Positions 18,886-29,688 of a DNA stretch of 38,297 nucleotides are shown here, one piece after another. Where the stretch lies: NCBI GenBank assembly GCA_031422435.1, contig JANPLU010000023.1, positions 1-38,297 of the forward strand, read 5' to 3'. The notes under the pieces are model-generated. The model searched no databases and was not told the origin of the DNA. It was given only the letters and a program-made list of their open reading frames with translations. The DNA comes from Acaryochloridaceae cyanobacterium VAR_48_metabat_390 (GTDB lineage Bacteria > Cyanobacteriota > Cyanobacteriia > Thermosynechococcales > Thermosynechococcaceae). The position numbers and the translations under genes are program-made. Positions within the stretch are counted from its first letter, which is position 1; each line of letters begins with the position of its first letter.

Positions 18886-19575
18886 TTAAAGCCCAAGCGT
18901 CGGGAAAAATGGTGCAAGCCAGAGCTGAATTTCGATATCCCAGCCGAAGAGCATGGCGATCACCGCCACAATAATCATGCCGCCACCAACCTTCTGCAAC
19001 AGCACACTGTGAGGGCGCAGCCGTAGAAACGATTGACCCAAGCGGCGACCTCCGTAGGCGATCGCCAGCAGCGGGAAGGCCGCACCCACACCGTAGGCCA
19101 GCAATAGCCCAAAGGCTCCGGCAATTTGGCTGGTCGTTGCGGCGATTACTAAAATTGCGCCCAAAACAGGGCCAGCACAGGGCGTCCAGAGTAAGCCAAG
19201 CTGAGTCCCTAGCCAAAATTCCCCTGTTAAACCCACGCGCTTTGACTCGCCCCAATGAGCAATGGGTAAAGTGCTAAACAGTCGGTAGCTCCAAGCAGGA
19301 AACAGCGTGAGCAACCCTAAAATCAGCAGCGCCATTACAGCGAACATTCGTAACCCATTGGTCAAACCCGTGAGCCAGTTCGCCGTAATCCCTAATAGAC
19401 TGCCCGCTACCGCAAAGCCCCCCACTAACCCTGCCACCAAAGCGACCGGACCAAGACGGTGGGATTGAAGCGATCGCCCTACCACAATCGGCAAAATGGG
19501 CAGCACACAGGGAGAAAGTACCGTCAAAATTCCGCCAGCAAATGCAAGCCCAATCGAAGGCGTAAGTGCTGCCAT
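18886..19575 (-). CDS. ccdA: CcdA/DsbD-type transmembrane thiol-disulfide electron transporter
   Basis: LSPCVLPILP and WTPCAGPVLGAIL motifs; about 6 TM helices. Confidence 0.88.
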   Translation of the reverse strand: MAALTPSIGLAFAGGILTVLSPCVLPILPIVVGRSLQSHRLGPVALVAGLVGGFAVAGSLLGITANWLTGLTNGLRMFAVMALLILGLLTLFPAWSYRLFSTLPIAHWGESKRVGLTGEFWLGTQLGLLWTPCAGPVLGAILVIAATTSQIAGAFGLLLAYGVGAAFPLLAIAYGGRRLGQSFLRLRPHSVLLQKVGGGMIIVAVIAMLFGWDIEIQLWLAPFFPTLGL

Positions 19576-19583
19576 CGATCCCG

Positions 19584-20183
19584 CTACCCTAAAAGTCGAC
19601 GAATGGTTTGCTCCGTGGCGTCATAAGCACCTTCTCCAGTATGGCTATAGCGCAATATGCCTTGGCGATCGGCAAGATAGAGGTTAGGCCAATACTGATT
19701 GCTGTAGGCACTCCAGGTTTTGAAAGCATTGTCTAACGGCACAGGGTAGGTAATCTGGTTCTTTTGTAAGGCGCGTTTAACGTTATTGGCGTCTCGCTCA
19801 TAGCCAAATTCAGGGGTGTGTACCCCAATCACTTTTAATCCCTTTGCCGCATACTGTCGGTGCCAACGCACAATATAAGGCAGCGTTCGCTGACAGTTAA
19901 TGCAGCTAAACGTCCAAAACTGCACCAGCACCACTTGGCCTTTGAGATTGGCGATCGTCAAGGGTGACGCATTCAGCCATTCACTAATGCCCTGAAACTC
20001 CGGCAGCGTTTTTTGCGGCAAGGCCGCAAGGGCTGAATCCATCGAAGCGGATGGTGGGCTCAAACGATTGACAGAAATAGTATCCTTTGAGCGTAGGCCA
20101 TAAGCTGTCGCAGCGCCCGCGCCAGTTACGCCCAAGCCTAAATAGAGGAGCATTTTTCGCCTATTCAGCAGCGTTTTATTCAT
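19584..20183 (-). CDS. exported thioredoxin-like protein (DipZ/TlpA-type)
   Basis: From ATG 20183: NRRKML twin-arginine-like signal, FWTFSCINC (CxxC), GVHTPEF, YWP and GEGAY, as in the DipZ thioredoxin domain. The ORF is open to 20264. Confidence 0.88.
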   Translation of the reverse strand: MNKTLLNRRKMLLYLGLGVTGAGAATAYGLRSKDTISVNRLSPPSASMDSALAALPQKTLPEFQGISEWLNASPLTIANLKGQVVLVQFWTFSCINCQRTLPYIVRWHRQYAAKGLKVIGVHTPEFGYERDANNVKRALQKNQITYPVPLDNAFKTWSAYSNQYWPNLYLADRQGILRYSHTGEGAYDATEQTIRRLLG

Positions 20184-20302
20184 ATTAAAAATATCTGTAT
20201 AAGAAAAAGGCAGTAGATTTTTTAGGAGATGAAGTGGGGGGCGTGGAGGGCGATCGCTACGCATCCAAAGTCCGCATTCATCCCCTATCCCATTTCTAAT
20301 CG

Positions 20303-20623
20303 CTACTGACCTTTCATCATAGAATCGTCTTTTTTCATCATAGAATCGCCTTTCATCATGGATCCATCTTTTTTCATCATGGAGTTGTGCTGCATCATCT
20401 TGGACGGCGTAAGCCTAGATGAATAGCAATACAGATTCACTTCATTGTTATGGCGATAACAGTGCTTTCCCTTCATCTGCGTTTGGCTCAGCGTATATCC
20501 AGGGGGCATAGTAGACCCAGCCAACGCCGCAGTACCAGAACTTAAAAGTCCAATACCGACAACAGATGCACCCATAAATGCACCAAGAATCGTTGATTTG
20601 AAGATGCGATGAGTCATGTTCAT
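20303..20623 (-). CDS. small exported methionine-rich repeat protein (MXKDX-like)
   Basis: Signal peptide ending …TAALA and C-terminus KMMQHNSMMKKDGSMMKGDSMMKKDDSMMKGQ. Confidence 0.8.
   Translation of the reverse strand: MNMTHRIFKSTILGAFMGASVVGIGLLSSGTAALAGSTMPPGYTLSQTQMKGKHCYRHNNEVNLYCYSSRLTPSKMMQHNSMMKKDGSMMKGDSMMKKDDSMMKGQ
20309..20400 (-). repeat. coding tandem repeat (18-21-bp units; five MM pairs, four of them in SMMK)
   Basis: On the + strand TTTCATCAT(A/G)GA occurs four times, plus one degenerate unit (GCATCATCT). Confidence 0.85.
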
Positions 20624-20653
20624 GGGAAAGGTCTTCCTTGCAACTACAACCCA

Positions 20654-20720
20654 ATTCTAAAAACGCTTCCTTAAAACCAACGCGCAAAATCCTGAGGAAG
20701 AGATTAGAAAGCCCTGAGGA
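20654..20720 (-). promoter_or_regulatory. candidate promoter of the Met-rich/MsrP-like operon with phased direct repeats
   Basis: CCTGAGGA at 20691 and 20713 (22 bp apart), with a degenerate TTAGAA midway (11-bp period). A minus-strand TAGAAT -10-like hexamer lies at 20654-20659. Confidence 0.45.
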
Positions 20721-20854
20721 GAAGCCAATTATCAAATTGGGTATCAATAATCCTTCAGGCTAATTCCTTTGGTAGATTTCACTGATCACTATTCAATTGT
20801 GAGAGATTTTGATTAAGTTTTGTATGCTAAATTATCAAAATTCAGGGAATCCAG

Positions 20855-20887
20855 AGGGTTAAGTATTTTTACTCAATACTTAACCCT
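20855..20887. promoter_or_regulatory. perfect 13-bp inverted repeat in a divergent intergenic region
   Basis: AGGGTTAAGTATT-tttactc-AATACTTAACCCT. Confidence 0.55.
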
Positions 20888-21123
20888 AAAAATTAGATCA
20901 GTTACCCAATATAGGCAATCCGAAGATTTCCTTCACGCTTTGCTTGATCCCCAATCTTTTAGCGTTCAATGTAAATGAATAATCCCTGAACGCTTATGTA
21001 AACTTTAACAACGAGTCGTTCATTTTCTAAAACCCTTTGCATATACTAAGAAAAATTGATTCAAGGCTAAGTTTCAAATTAACCCATTAAACCAACCCAT
21101 TAAACCCAGCGGGAGGACTAAGC

Positions 21124-21510
21124 ATGACATTAGCGCAAGTGCAAGAATTACCTAAAAATCAGGCTGTCAGAACGGTCAGAAGCTTCTTGATATGGACTTT
21201 CACTTTAACGGTATGTTGGCTGGTTGTCGGTTTTCCACTGGTTTTCTTAATTACGACCATCGGCTCTCTGTTTGCAATTTCCCTTCAGGCTATTTTGCCC
21301 ACAAGTGCTGTTTTAGTCGTAGCAGGAGCTATTTTATCTATTAACGTTTTGGTAATCTTATTTGGCGCTGGGCTTCTAACCCTTAAAGGCATCCATCCCC
21401 ATGAAGTGCAGTGGCTGCGCTGGCTCAATGGGCAAGCAAACCCCAGTCATGGATCCGTTTTTGCGTCTTGCCCTCTGACCTGTGAGCGTCCTTCTGTAGA
21501 GCGTCATTAA
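21124..21510 (+). CDS. cyanobacterial hypothetical membrane protein
   Basis: Strong RBS (GGGAGGA), long hydrophobic core, GIHPHEV.WL.WL and C-terminal SCPLTC; followed by a terminator. Confidence 0.85.
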   Translation: MTLAQVQELPKNQAVRTVRSFLIWTFTLTVCWLVVGFPLVFLITTIGSLFAISLQAILPTSAVLVVAGAILSINVLVILFGAGLLTLKGIHPHEVQWLRWLNGQANPSHGSVFASCPLTCERPSVERH

Positions 21511-21567
21511 GTCTTTCAGTGGGTTTTGCAGCTTAACGTTGCTACGTCATAAAGCCTCAATCATTTT

Positions 21568-21592
21568 AAGCCCGGTTACGACCGGGTTTTTT
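21568..21592 (+). terminator. intrinsic terminator
   Basis: AAGCCCGGT-tacg-ACCGGGTTT followed by a T-run. Confidence 0.8.
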
Positions 21593-21692
21593 CATGGCAA
21601 AATACGAGACAATTTAGGACGAGAACTTATAACCTGAGAACTCATGCGAGAAAACTCGCGCACCAACGCTATCCGTTCAGCCTGGAGCATTC

Positions 21693-22808
21693 ATGGCAAC
21701 CGTTCCCATTCGTATTGCAATTGTTTTGGGTACCCGTCCCGAAGCCATTAAGCTTGTGCCTGTCATCAAAGCATTTCAGGAGGCAGACTTTTGCAGTACC
21801 CAGGTTATTTTGACAGGGCAGCATCGAGAAATGGTGGCTCAGGTGATGGACTTTTTCCATCTAAAAGCGAACCACGACCTTGCCATCATGCAGCATGGTC
21901 AAACCTTAACTCAAATTACCTGTCGCAGCTTAGAAGGGTTAGAAGACTATTTCAAAACCAATCGTCCTGATTTGGTACTGGTTCAGGGAGACACCACGAC
22001 AGCATTTTCTGCCGCCCTTGCGGCCTTCTACCAGCTCATTCCAGTGGGGCATGTTGAGGCAGGCTTACGCACGGACGATTTATTTAACCCTTATCCAGAA
22101 GAAGCAAACCGTCGCCTCATTTCTCAGATTGCCCAGCTTCACTTTGCGCCCACGTCTTTATCGGCAGAAAATGTCAGACATTCAGGGGTCAAAACCGGAA
22201 TTCATCAAACGGGCAATACCGTCATTGACACCCTAATCATGGTGGCGGCAACCCATCCCCCATGCCCTATCCCTAATCTCAATTGGGATCAGTACCGCAC
22301 CATCTTAGCTACCGTCCACCGCCGAGAAAACTGGGGACAGCCCCTTCAAAATATTGGACAAGGATTTCTCAATATCCTAGAGCAGTTCCCTGACACGGCA
22401 TTGGTCTTACCTTTACATCGCAACCCTACCGTTCGGGAACCCCTAACGCAGCTACTGGGCAATCATCCCCGCGCCTTTTTAATTGAGCCATTAGACTATA
22501 CCGATCTCGTCGGAGCCATCCAGCGCTGTCACCTACTAATGACAGATTCTGGCGGCCTTCAAGAAGAAGCGCCCAGTTTAGGCAAGCCCGTTCTGGTTTT
22601 ACGAGATACCACCGAGCGTCCAGAAGCCGTCCATGCCGGAACTGCAAAGCTCATTGGTACAAATGCAGACGATATCTTTGCCGCTGCCGCTGAACTACTC
22701 ACTAATTCTGCGCTCTACGACCAAATGGCAACAGCCATCAATCCTTTTGGGGACGGTCATGCTTCCGAGCGCATAGTAGACATTGTGCGCAGCTATTTTG
22801 AGGTTTAG
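21693..22808 (+). CDS. wecB: UDP-N-acetylglucosamine 2-epimerase (non-hydrolysing)
   Basis: GTRPEAIK, TGQHR, VQGDTTT, HVEAGLRT, PEEANR, HRREN, TDSGGLQEEAP, TERPE and NPFGDG motifs. Confidence 0.96.
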   Translation: MATVPIRIAIVLGTRPEAIKLVPVIKAFQEADFCSTQVILTGQHREMVAQVMDFFHLKANHDLAIMQHGQTLTQITCRSLEGLEDYFKTNRPDLVLVQGDTTTAFSAALAAFYQLIPVGHVEAGLRTDDLFNPYPEEANRRLISQIAQLHFAPTSLSAENVRHSGVKTGIHQTGNTVIDTLIMVAATHPPCPIPNLNWDQYRTILATVHRRENWGQPLQNIGQGFLNILEQFPDTALVLPLHRNPTVREPLTQLLGNHPRAFLIEPLDYTDLVGAIQRCHLLMTDSGGLQEEAPSLGKPVLVLRDTTERPEAVHAGTAKLIGTNADDIFAAAAELLTNSALYDQMATAINPFGDGHASERIVDIVRSYFEV

Positions 22809-23083
22809 CAGCGTCGAGATTCAGTTTTTGTTTTACGCGCCATTAATGCATTAAGTGCATCTTAATCATGCAGTATTAGGGTGCGAAGGTATCCATTAAT
22901 ACCAACTATTTTAGGGAATTGCTTTAACTTTACTTAAGATTTGAGCTAAACTGCAAGTCGTGTGCTTATCCCCTAACCCAATGGATTCTCAATTGTCTCT
23001 AGTGCTGAGCTAGGGTATGGTTTCACACTAGCGAAAACATTGGGACAGTCTAAAGTTAGAAATTTTTAGGTTGTAGAGTATCT

Positions 23084-23422
23084 ATGGCTGCATCAGTTGT
23101 GAAATATGCGTTGGTAGGGGTTCTGACTCCACTCAGTTTTTACCGAGCGTGGTTAAAGAAGGGGCAAGGGTTATTTCAGGGCATGTATTTTTACATTCTG
23201 AACCAGACCTTCAATGACCCCAAGCTCGCCCACTGGATTTGTCGGCTTGTGCCTGCACAGTGCCCCTTTGAGAGAGACGTATGGGTCTTGGGTCGAGAAT
23301 TTCATATCCCCGCACTTTGTAAACTCAATCCTTTTTACGAACAGTTGGCAGCACTCCGATTTAGTGCGTTGTCCTATTTATCTGAAGACTGTGGAGAAGA
23401 TGTATTGCCCTACTGTCAGTAA
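23084..23422 (+). CDS. 'Mo-dependent nitrogenase C-terminal domain' family small protein (function unknown)
   Basis: C.LVPAQCPFERD…HIPALCKLNPFYEQL..LRF.AL.YL…CGED is the signature of this cyanobacterial family. Confidence 0.85.
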   Translation: MAASVVKYALVGVLTPLSFYRAWLKKGQGLFQGMYFYILNQTFNDPKLAHWICRLVPAQCPFERDVWVLGREFHIPALCKLNPFYEQLAALRFSALSYLSEDCGEDVLPYCQ

Positions 23423-23475
23423 TTAAATCCTAATATCAGTAAATTGTCTCAGCGCCGCTCTAACCCTAGGGTATA

Positions 23476-24594
<1,119 letters not shown>

Positions 24595-24656
24595 TTATCC
24601 CAAATCATATCGCTTCTGCCCTAAGGCAGAAGCGAACAGGTTAGACTTTCTAGCTA

Positions 24657-25847
<1,191 letters not shown>

Positions 25848-26249
25848 CTAACGTGCGTTTTTCTTTTGTTTATTATTTTGCAATAAAAAGGCGCAGGGAC
25901 GTTGATGTGCCCTAAGGGTGCGCTTCTAAACATCTTTAGGTTTCAAAGATGCGGCTGGCGCAAGGACGACAAAAATGCGCCATTTACAAATTGAGACTTA
26001 TTTTATCGCGTTTTGCTGGACTGCTAGACTCTTGCCACTTCAGCGTAACGAAGGTTTGCGGTTTAGGACTGTTCTCTAATTGACGAAATTGGCTCAAACA
26101 AGCCTAGAAATGTAACGCTCTATTGCGACTTGGTTAAACTGTGTTGCAAGTTAGGCGCTAGAACAGGGGCAAGTGACTTTAGCCCAAATCCACCGTGTTA
26201 GGATGCAGGTCAACAATCGAGCTGTTTTTAATCAGAATTGGAGGGTCGC

Positions 26250-27473
26250 TTGGCATTACGGGTTGCTGTGGTCGGGTCAGGGCCAGCCGGTTCCTCTGCG
26301 GCTGAAACGCTTGCAAAAGCGGGTATTGAAACTTTTTTGTTTGAGCGCAAGCTAGACAACGCAAAACCTTGCGGCGGTGCCATTCCGCTGTGCATGGTAG
26401 AAGAATTTGATTTGCCGCCTCATATCATTGACCGTCAAGTGCGGAAGATGAAGATGATTTCACCCTCTAATGTTGAGGTCAATATTGGCGGAACGCTCAA
26501 AGATGGTGAATATATCGGCATGTGCCGCCGTGAGGTGCTGGATGGTTTCCTGCGCGATCGCGCGGTTGGCCTTGGGGTCAAGCTGATCAACGGCATTGTG
26601 AACAAGCTAGAGATTCCGAGCAGCAGCACGGCTCCCTATGTGCTGCACTATGCTGATTTCTCCAGCGGTAAGGCCGAAGGTGAAATGAAGTCTTTGCAGA
26701 TAGATTTGGTGATTGGTGCCGATGGCGCAAATTCCCGCATTGCCAAAGAAATTGACGCAGGGGATTACAACTATGCGATCGCCTTCCAAGAGCGCATTCG
26801 TCTGCCAGACAAACAGATGGCCTACTACGAAGACTTAGCCGAAATGTACGTCGGTGACGATGTCTCAACCGACTTTTACGCCTGGGTCTTTCCCAAGTAC
26901 GACCACGTTGCGGTAGGTACGGGCACCATGCAGGTGCACAAGGCCGATATCAAAAAGCTCCAGGCGGGGATCCGCGCCCGTGCGGCACATCGACTCCAGG
27001 GTGGAGAAATCATTAAGGTTGAAGCACATCCTATTCCTGAGCATCCTAGACCCCGCCGTGTGGTGGGTCGGGTGGCACTGGTGGGGGATGCCGCAGGCTA
27101 CGTCACTAAGTCTTCTGGCGAAGGTATTTACTTCGCAGCCAAGTCTGGACGCATGTGTGCGGAGATGATTGTGGCACGCTCTGAAAATGGGGCAAAGGTT
27201 CCCACGGAAGCTGACTTGAAAGCTTACACCAAAAAGTGGGATAAGGAATACGGCATTACGTATTTTGTCCTCGACATTCTACAACGGGTGTTCTACCGCT
27301 CTGACGCGACGCGGGAAGCCTTTGTGGAGATGTGTGCTGACATTGATGTACAGCGCCTGACCTTTGATAGCTACCTGTACAAGACCGTCGTGCCTGCCAA
27401 CCCGCTAACGCAGCTCAAGATTACGGCTAAGACGATTGGCAGCTTGCTGCGAGGCAATGCTTTAGCGCCTTAG
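26250..27473 (+). CDS. chlP: geranylgeranyl diphosphate reductase
   Basis: VAVVGSGPAG, AKPCGGAIPLCM, GADGANS, FYAWVFPK and GDAAGYVTKSSGEGIYFA motifs. TTG 26250 after GGAGGG is preferred over 26238. Confidence 0.96.
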   Translation: MALRVAVVGSGPAGSSAAETLAKAGIETFLFERKLDNAKPCGGAIPLCMVEEFDLPPHIIDRQVRKMKMISPSNVEVNIGGTLKDGEYIGMCRREVLDGFLRDRAVGLGVKLINGIVNKLEIPSSSTAPYVLHYADFSSGKAEGEMKSLQIDLVIGADGANSRIAKEIDAGDYNYAIAFQERIRLPDKQMAYYEDLAEMYVGDDVSTDFYAWVFPKYDHVAVGTGTMQVHKADIKKLQAGIRARAAHRLQGGEIIKVEAHPIPEHPRPRRVVGRVALVGDAAGYVTKSSGEGIYFAAKSGRMCAEMIVARSENGAKVPTEADLKAYTKKWDKEYGITYFVLDILQRVFYRSDATREAFVEMCADIDVQRLTFDSYLYKTVVPANPLTQLKITAKTIGSLLRGNALAP

Positions 27474-27493
27474 TCTGGATTCTTCAAGAACAC

Positions 27494-27529
27494 AAAATCC
27501 CTGCTGCTAGAAATAACGGCAGGGATTTC
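27494..27529. terminator. putative bidirectional terminator between convergent chlP and PPTase genes
   Basis: AAATCCCTGC…GCAGGGATTT perfect 10-bp arms. Confidence 0.7.
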
Positions 27530-28338
27530 TATTGCTGATCTTCGTCGGTGAGCCATTCGTGATGAATAATCTGCCGAGGGGCGCTGGAGAGGGCGATCGC
27601 CCCTGCAAAAGAATCCCCCATGTCTAAATCCTGGAGCCAAATTCGCCGATCTTCAAGCTGTACCCAGTAGCTGCCAAGGCTAGCATGGGCGGGAACTTCA
27701 AAGACAGAGAGCTTTTCGTAGAGGCGATCGCCAAATAGCTTCACTAATGCCTCCTTCCGCGTCCAAATTTTAAAGAACGCCTGGGGCTGATCAAGTGGAG
27801 GAAGTTGATTAAAGACGAGCAATTCTTGGGGCGTACAGATGCGCTGAGCTAGGTCTAAATAGTTAATCAGAGGATTGAACCCTTCAAGATCAACGCCGAC
27901 AGCCTGGTTAGTCGTAATGGCGTACAGTATTTTGCCTTGAGAGTGCGACACATTAAACTGAAGTAAATCTCCGCCAGTGTGTGGTGCTAAAGCAGGCTTA
28001 CCATTCTTTGAATAAACAAACTCTAAACGGGCGGCATCTTGCTGAAGATAAGATCCCAGCAGCAACCGCAGCCGCGCCCGCGTTTCTAAAAACTGTCTTT
28101 TCGCTTTTGGTGCAATATAGCGCTGACATCTGGCGTGTTCATCGAGGCTAAGGAGAGATGAAAGAGAAAATGCCTGCTGCGGAATCTTGGCTTGCATCTG
28201 GGCGATCGCTGGGTCATGCTCTGGGCAAGTTGTGACTGACCATAAATGCAGCGTCCCTGTCTCAGGCATATCTAGCTTCAAGCGTAGCCCCTGTACGGCA
28301 CAGTGCTTGAGTAAAGCTGGCGTAATGCTGGTTGACAT
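27529..28338 (-). CDS. Sfp-type 4'-phosphopantetheinyl transferase (HetI-like)
   Basis: GKP, FNVSHS, VGVDLE and FF.IWTRKEA.VK motifs. Confidence 0.92.
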   Translation of the reverse strand: MSTSITPALLKHCAVQGLRLKLDMPETGTLHLWSVTTCPEHDPAIAQMQAKIPQQAFSLSSLLSLDEHARCQRYIAPKAKRQFLETRARLRLLLGSYLQQDAARLEFVYSKNGKPALAPHTGGDLLQFNVSHSQGKILYAITTNQAVGVDLEGFNPLINYLDLAQRICTPQELLVFNQLPPLDQPQAFFKIWTRKEALVKLFGDRLYEKLSVFEVPAHASLGSYWVQLEDRRIWLQDLDMGDSFAGAIALSSAPRQIIHHEWLTDEDQQ

Positions 28339-28823
28339 TAGCAGAATGAATTAACCCAAAACAAAGATGCTCCTACACAGCCGAAGGCGGCTCTTAAAAA
28401 ATCTTTTTAAGATGAATGCGGATTGCCTTGAGCCTTTGACTGTGAAACAAGTTTTGTATTGCAAGATTCCCAAACCTCATTCATGGCCTGAAGCGCTAAA
28501 TCTCGTGGCAATTGACTTAGCGACTGCCCGTGGTGAAACTTTAGGCTAATAACAAGCTGTTTGTATAGTACCGATAAATGTTGGGAATCTTGAGGAATTG
28601 GAAAAGACGAAATATTGTTCATAAGCGTCGCTCTGAGCGTGATCTTAGAAACAATCACGCGGGGCATAAGCTTTAGAATGCCTGTAAGTGTGCAGATAGC
28701 CTACCGTAAATCTACGGATAGCTGACACGAAATCATAACTTCAGCAAAATTTATCATTATTATGATTCTGCTTAAAAATTGGGTTATGACGGTAAAAAAG
28801 CTTGATTGAGCCATAAAGAGCAC

Positions 28824-29363
28824 TTAGGTTGACGGAGGACTGAGGCACTTTTGCAAAAAAGTGGCTTGGGGTGCATAGCCTAGATGAATGTACAGGGCAT
28901 GGGCTGCAACACTATTGACTAATACATGGAGGCCAACCTGTTTATTACCCTGCCCAATCGCCCAGGCTTCAGCCTGCTGCATCAGCGCAGTGCCCAGTCC
29001 GCGCCTTCGATAGGCCGGACAAATGTACAGTAAAAAGATGTGCGTGTAGCGATCGCCACTCACCTGATCGATCGCATTGCCCAGCCACAAACAGCCTTGA
29101 GCCTCACCAGAGCGCGTGGGTAGCGTAGGTTCAATAAACCAGAACCCCGCTTGGTCTGACCAGAGCTGTTCAACGGTTTGATTCAGATGCTCAAGAGAGT
29201 CCATTGGACATAGCTCTTGATACGCCCGACGCATAAATTGCAGCAGCAGCGTTTGTTCAGAATGCCTCCCTGCCCAACAGCGATAATTCTGAGTCACGCG
29301 ATCTGGAAGATTAGGCACGGGAGACCGATGAAGGAAGAACAACAGCCTGTTGCGACGGGGCAT
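28824..29363 (-). CDS. GNAT-family N-acetyltransferase
   Basis: GCLWLGNAIDQ and YRRRGLGTALM acetyl-CoA motif A, N..A..LY..LGY. The true start may be GTG 29318, overlapping the upstream stop. Confidence 0.88.
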   Translation of the reverse strand: MPRRNRLLFFLHRSPVPNLPDRVTQNYRCWAGRHSEQTLLLQFMRRAYQELCPMDSLEHLNQTVEQLWSDQAGFWFIEPTLPTRSGEAQGCLWLGNAIDQVSGDRYTHIFLLYICPAYRRRGLGTALMQQAEAWAIGQGNKQVGLHVLVNSVAAHALYIHLGYAPQATFLQKCLSPPST

Positions 29364-29493
29364 CTACCGCCTCAATGGGTGCAGGCTGAGCCATATCTGA
29401 CGGCAAAAAGGCTCTAGCGGTGACAGCCAACAACGCCACCAAAAAAATTAAAACAATAAATAGAGGCGCAATGTATTGCCGAAAAAATGCCAT
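29311..29493 (-). CDS. small single-TM cyanobacterial hypothetical protein (60 aa)
   Basis: MAFFRQYIAPLFIVLIFLVALLAVTARAFLPSDMAQPAPIE…; resembles a small-protein family I recall from cyanobacteria (FLP.DM..PAP). Confidence 0.75.
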   Translation of the reverse strand: MAFFRQYIAPLFIVLIFLVALLAVTARAFLPSDMAQPAPIEAVDAPSQQAVVLPSSVSRA

Positions 29494-29688
29494 GACGTTT
29501 TGCTGCAAGGGGACACTCCTTATCCTATCGCTGTCTCTTCCTTTAGCTCAGGAAAATGGTTTGTTAGCAATCTTTTTCTCAAACGATAGATTTTGGATTA
29601 AGTGCCTATCCTGCACACTGTCCAGAATGCCAGTAGTAAAAGATTATGATGAATAACACATCGGCAATCTGGAGGAATTAGCTAGGCT

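Noticed and set aside
22843..22854. 12-bp perfect palindrome TTAATGCATTAA after wecB
   Set aside because: Short and AT-rich, so it can arise by chance; no supporting context.
23084..23422. Nitrogen fixation gene
   Set aside because: The family name mentions nitrogenase, but this is a small domain of unknown function and no nif genes are present.
26108..26150. HLR1 (RpaB)-like half-sites in the petH-chlP divergent promoter
   Set aside because: GTTAAACT-gt-GTTGCAAG has two mismatches per half-site; plausible but too degenerate to support without a PWM scan.
27529..28338. PPTase as a marker of an NRPS/PKS cluster
   Set aside because: No carrier-protein or synthase genes in the window; cyanobacteria commonly use a stand-alone Sfp-type PPTase.
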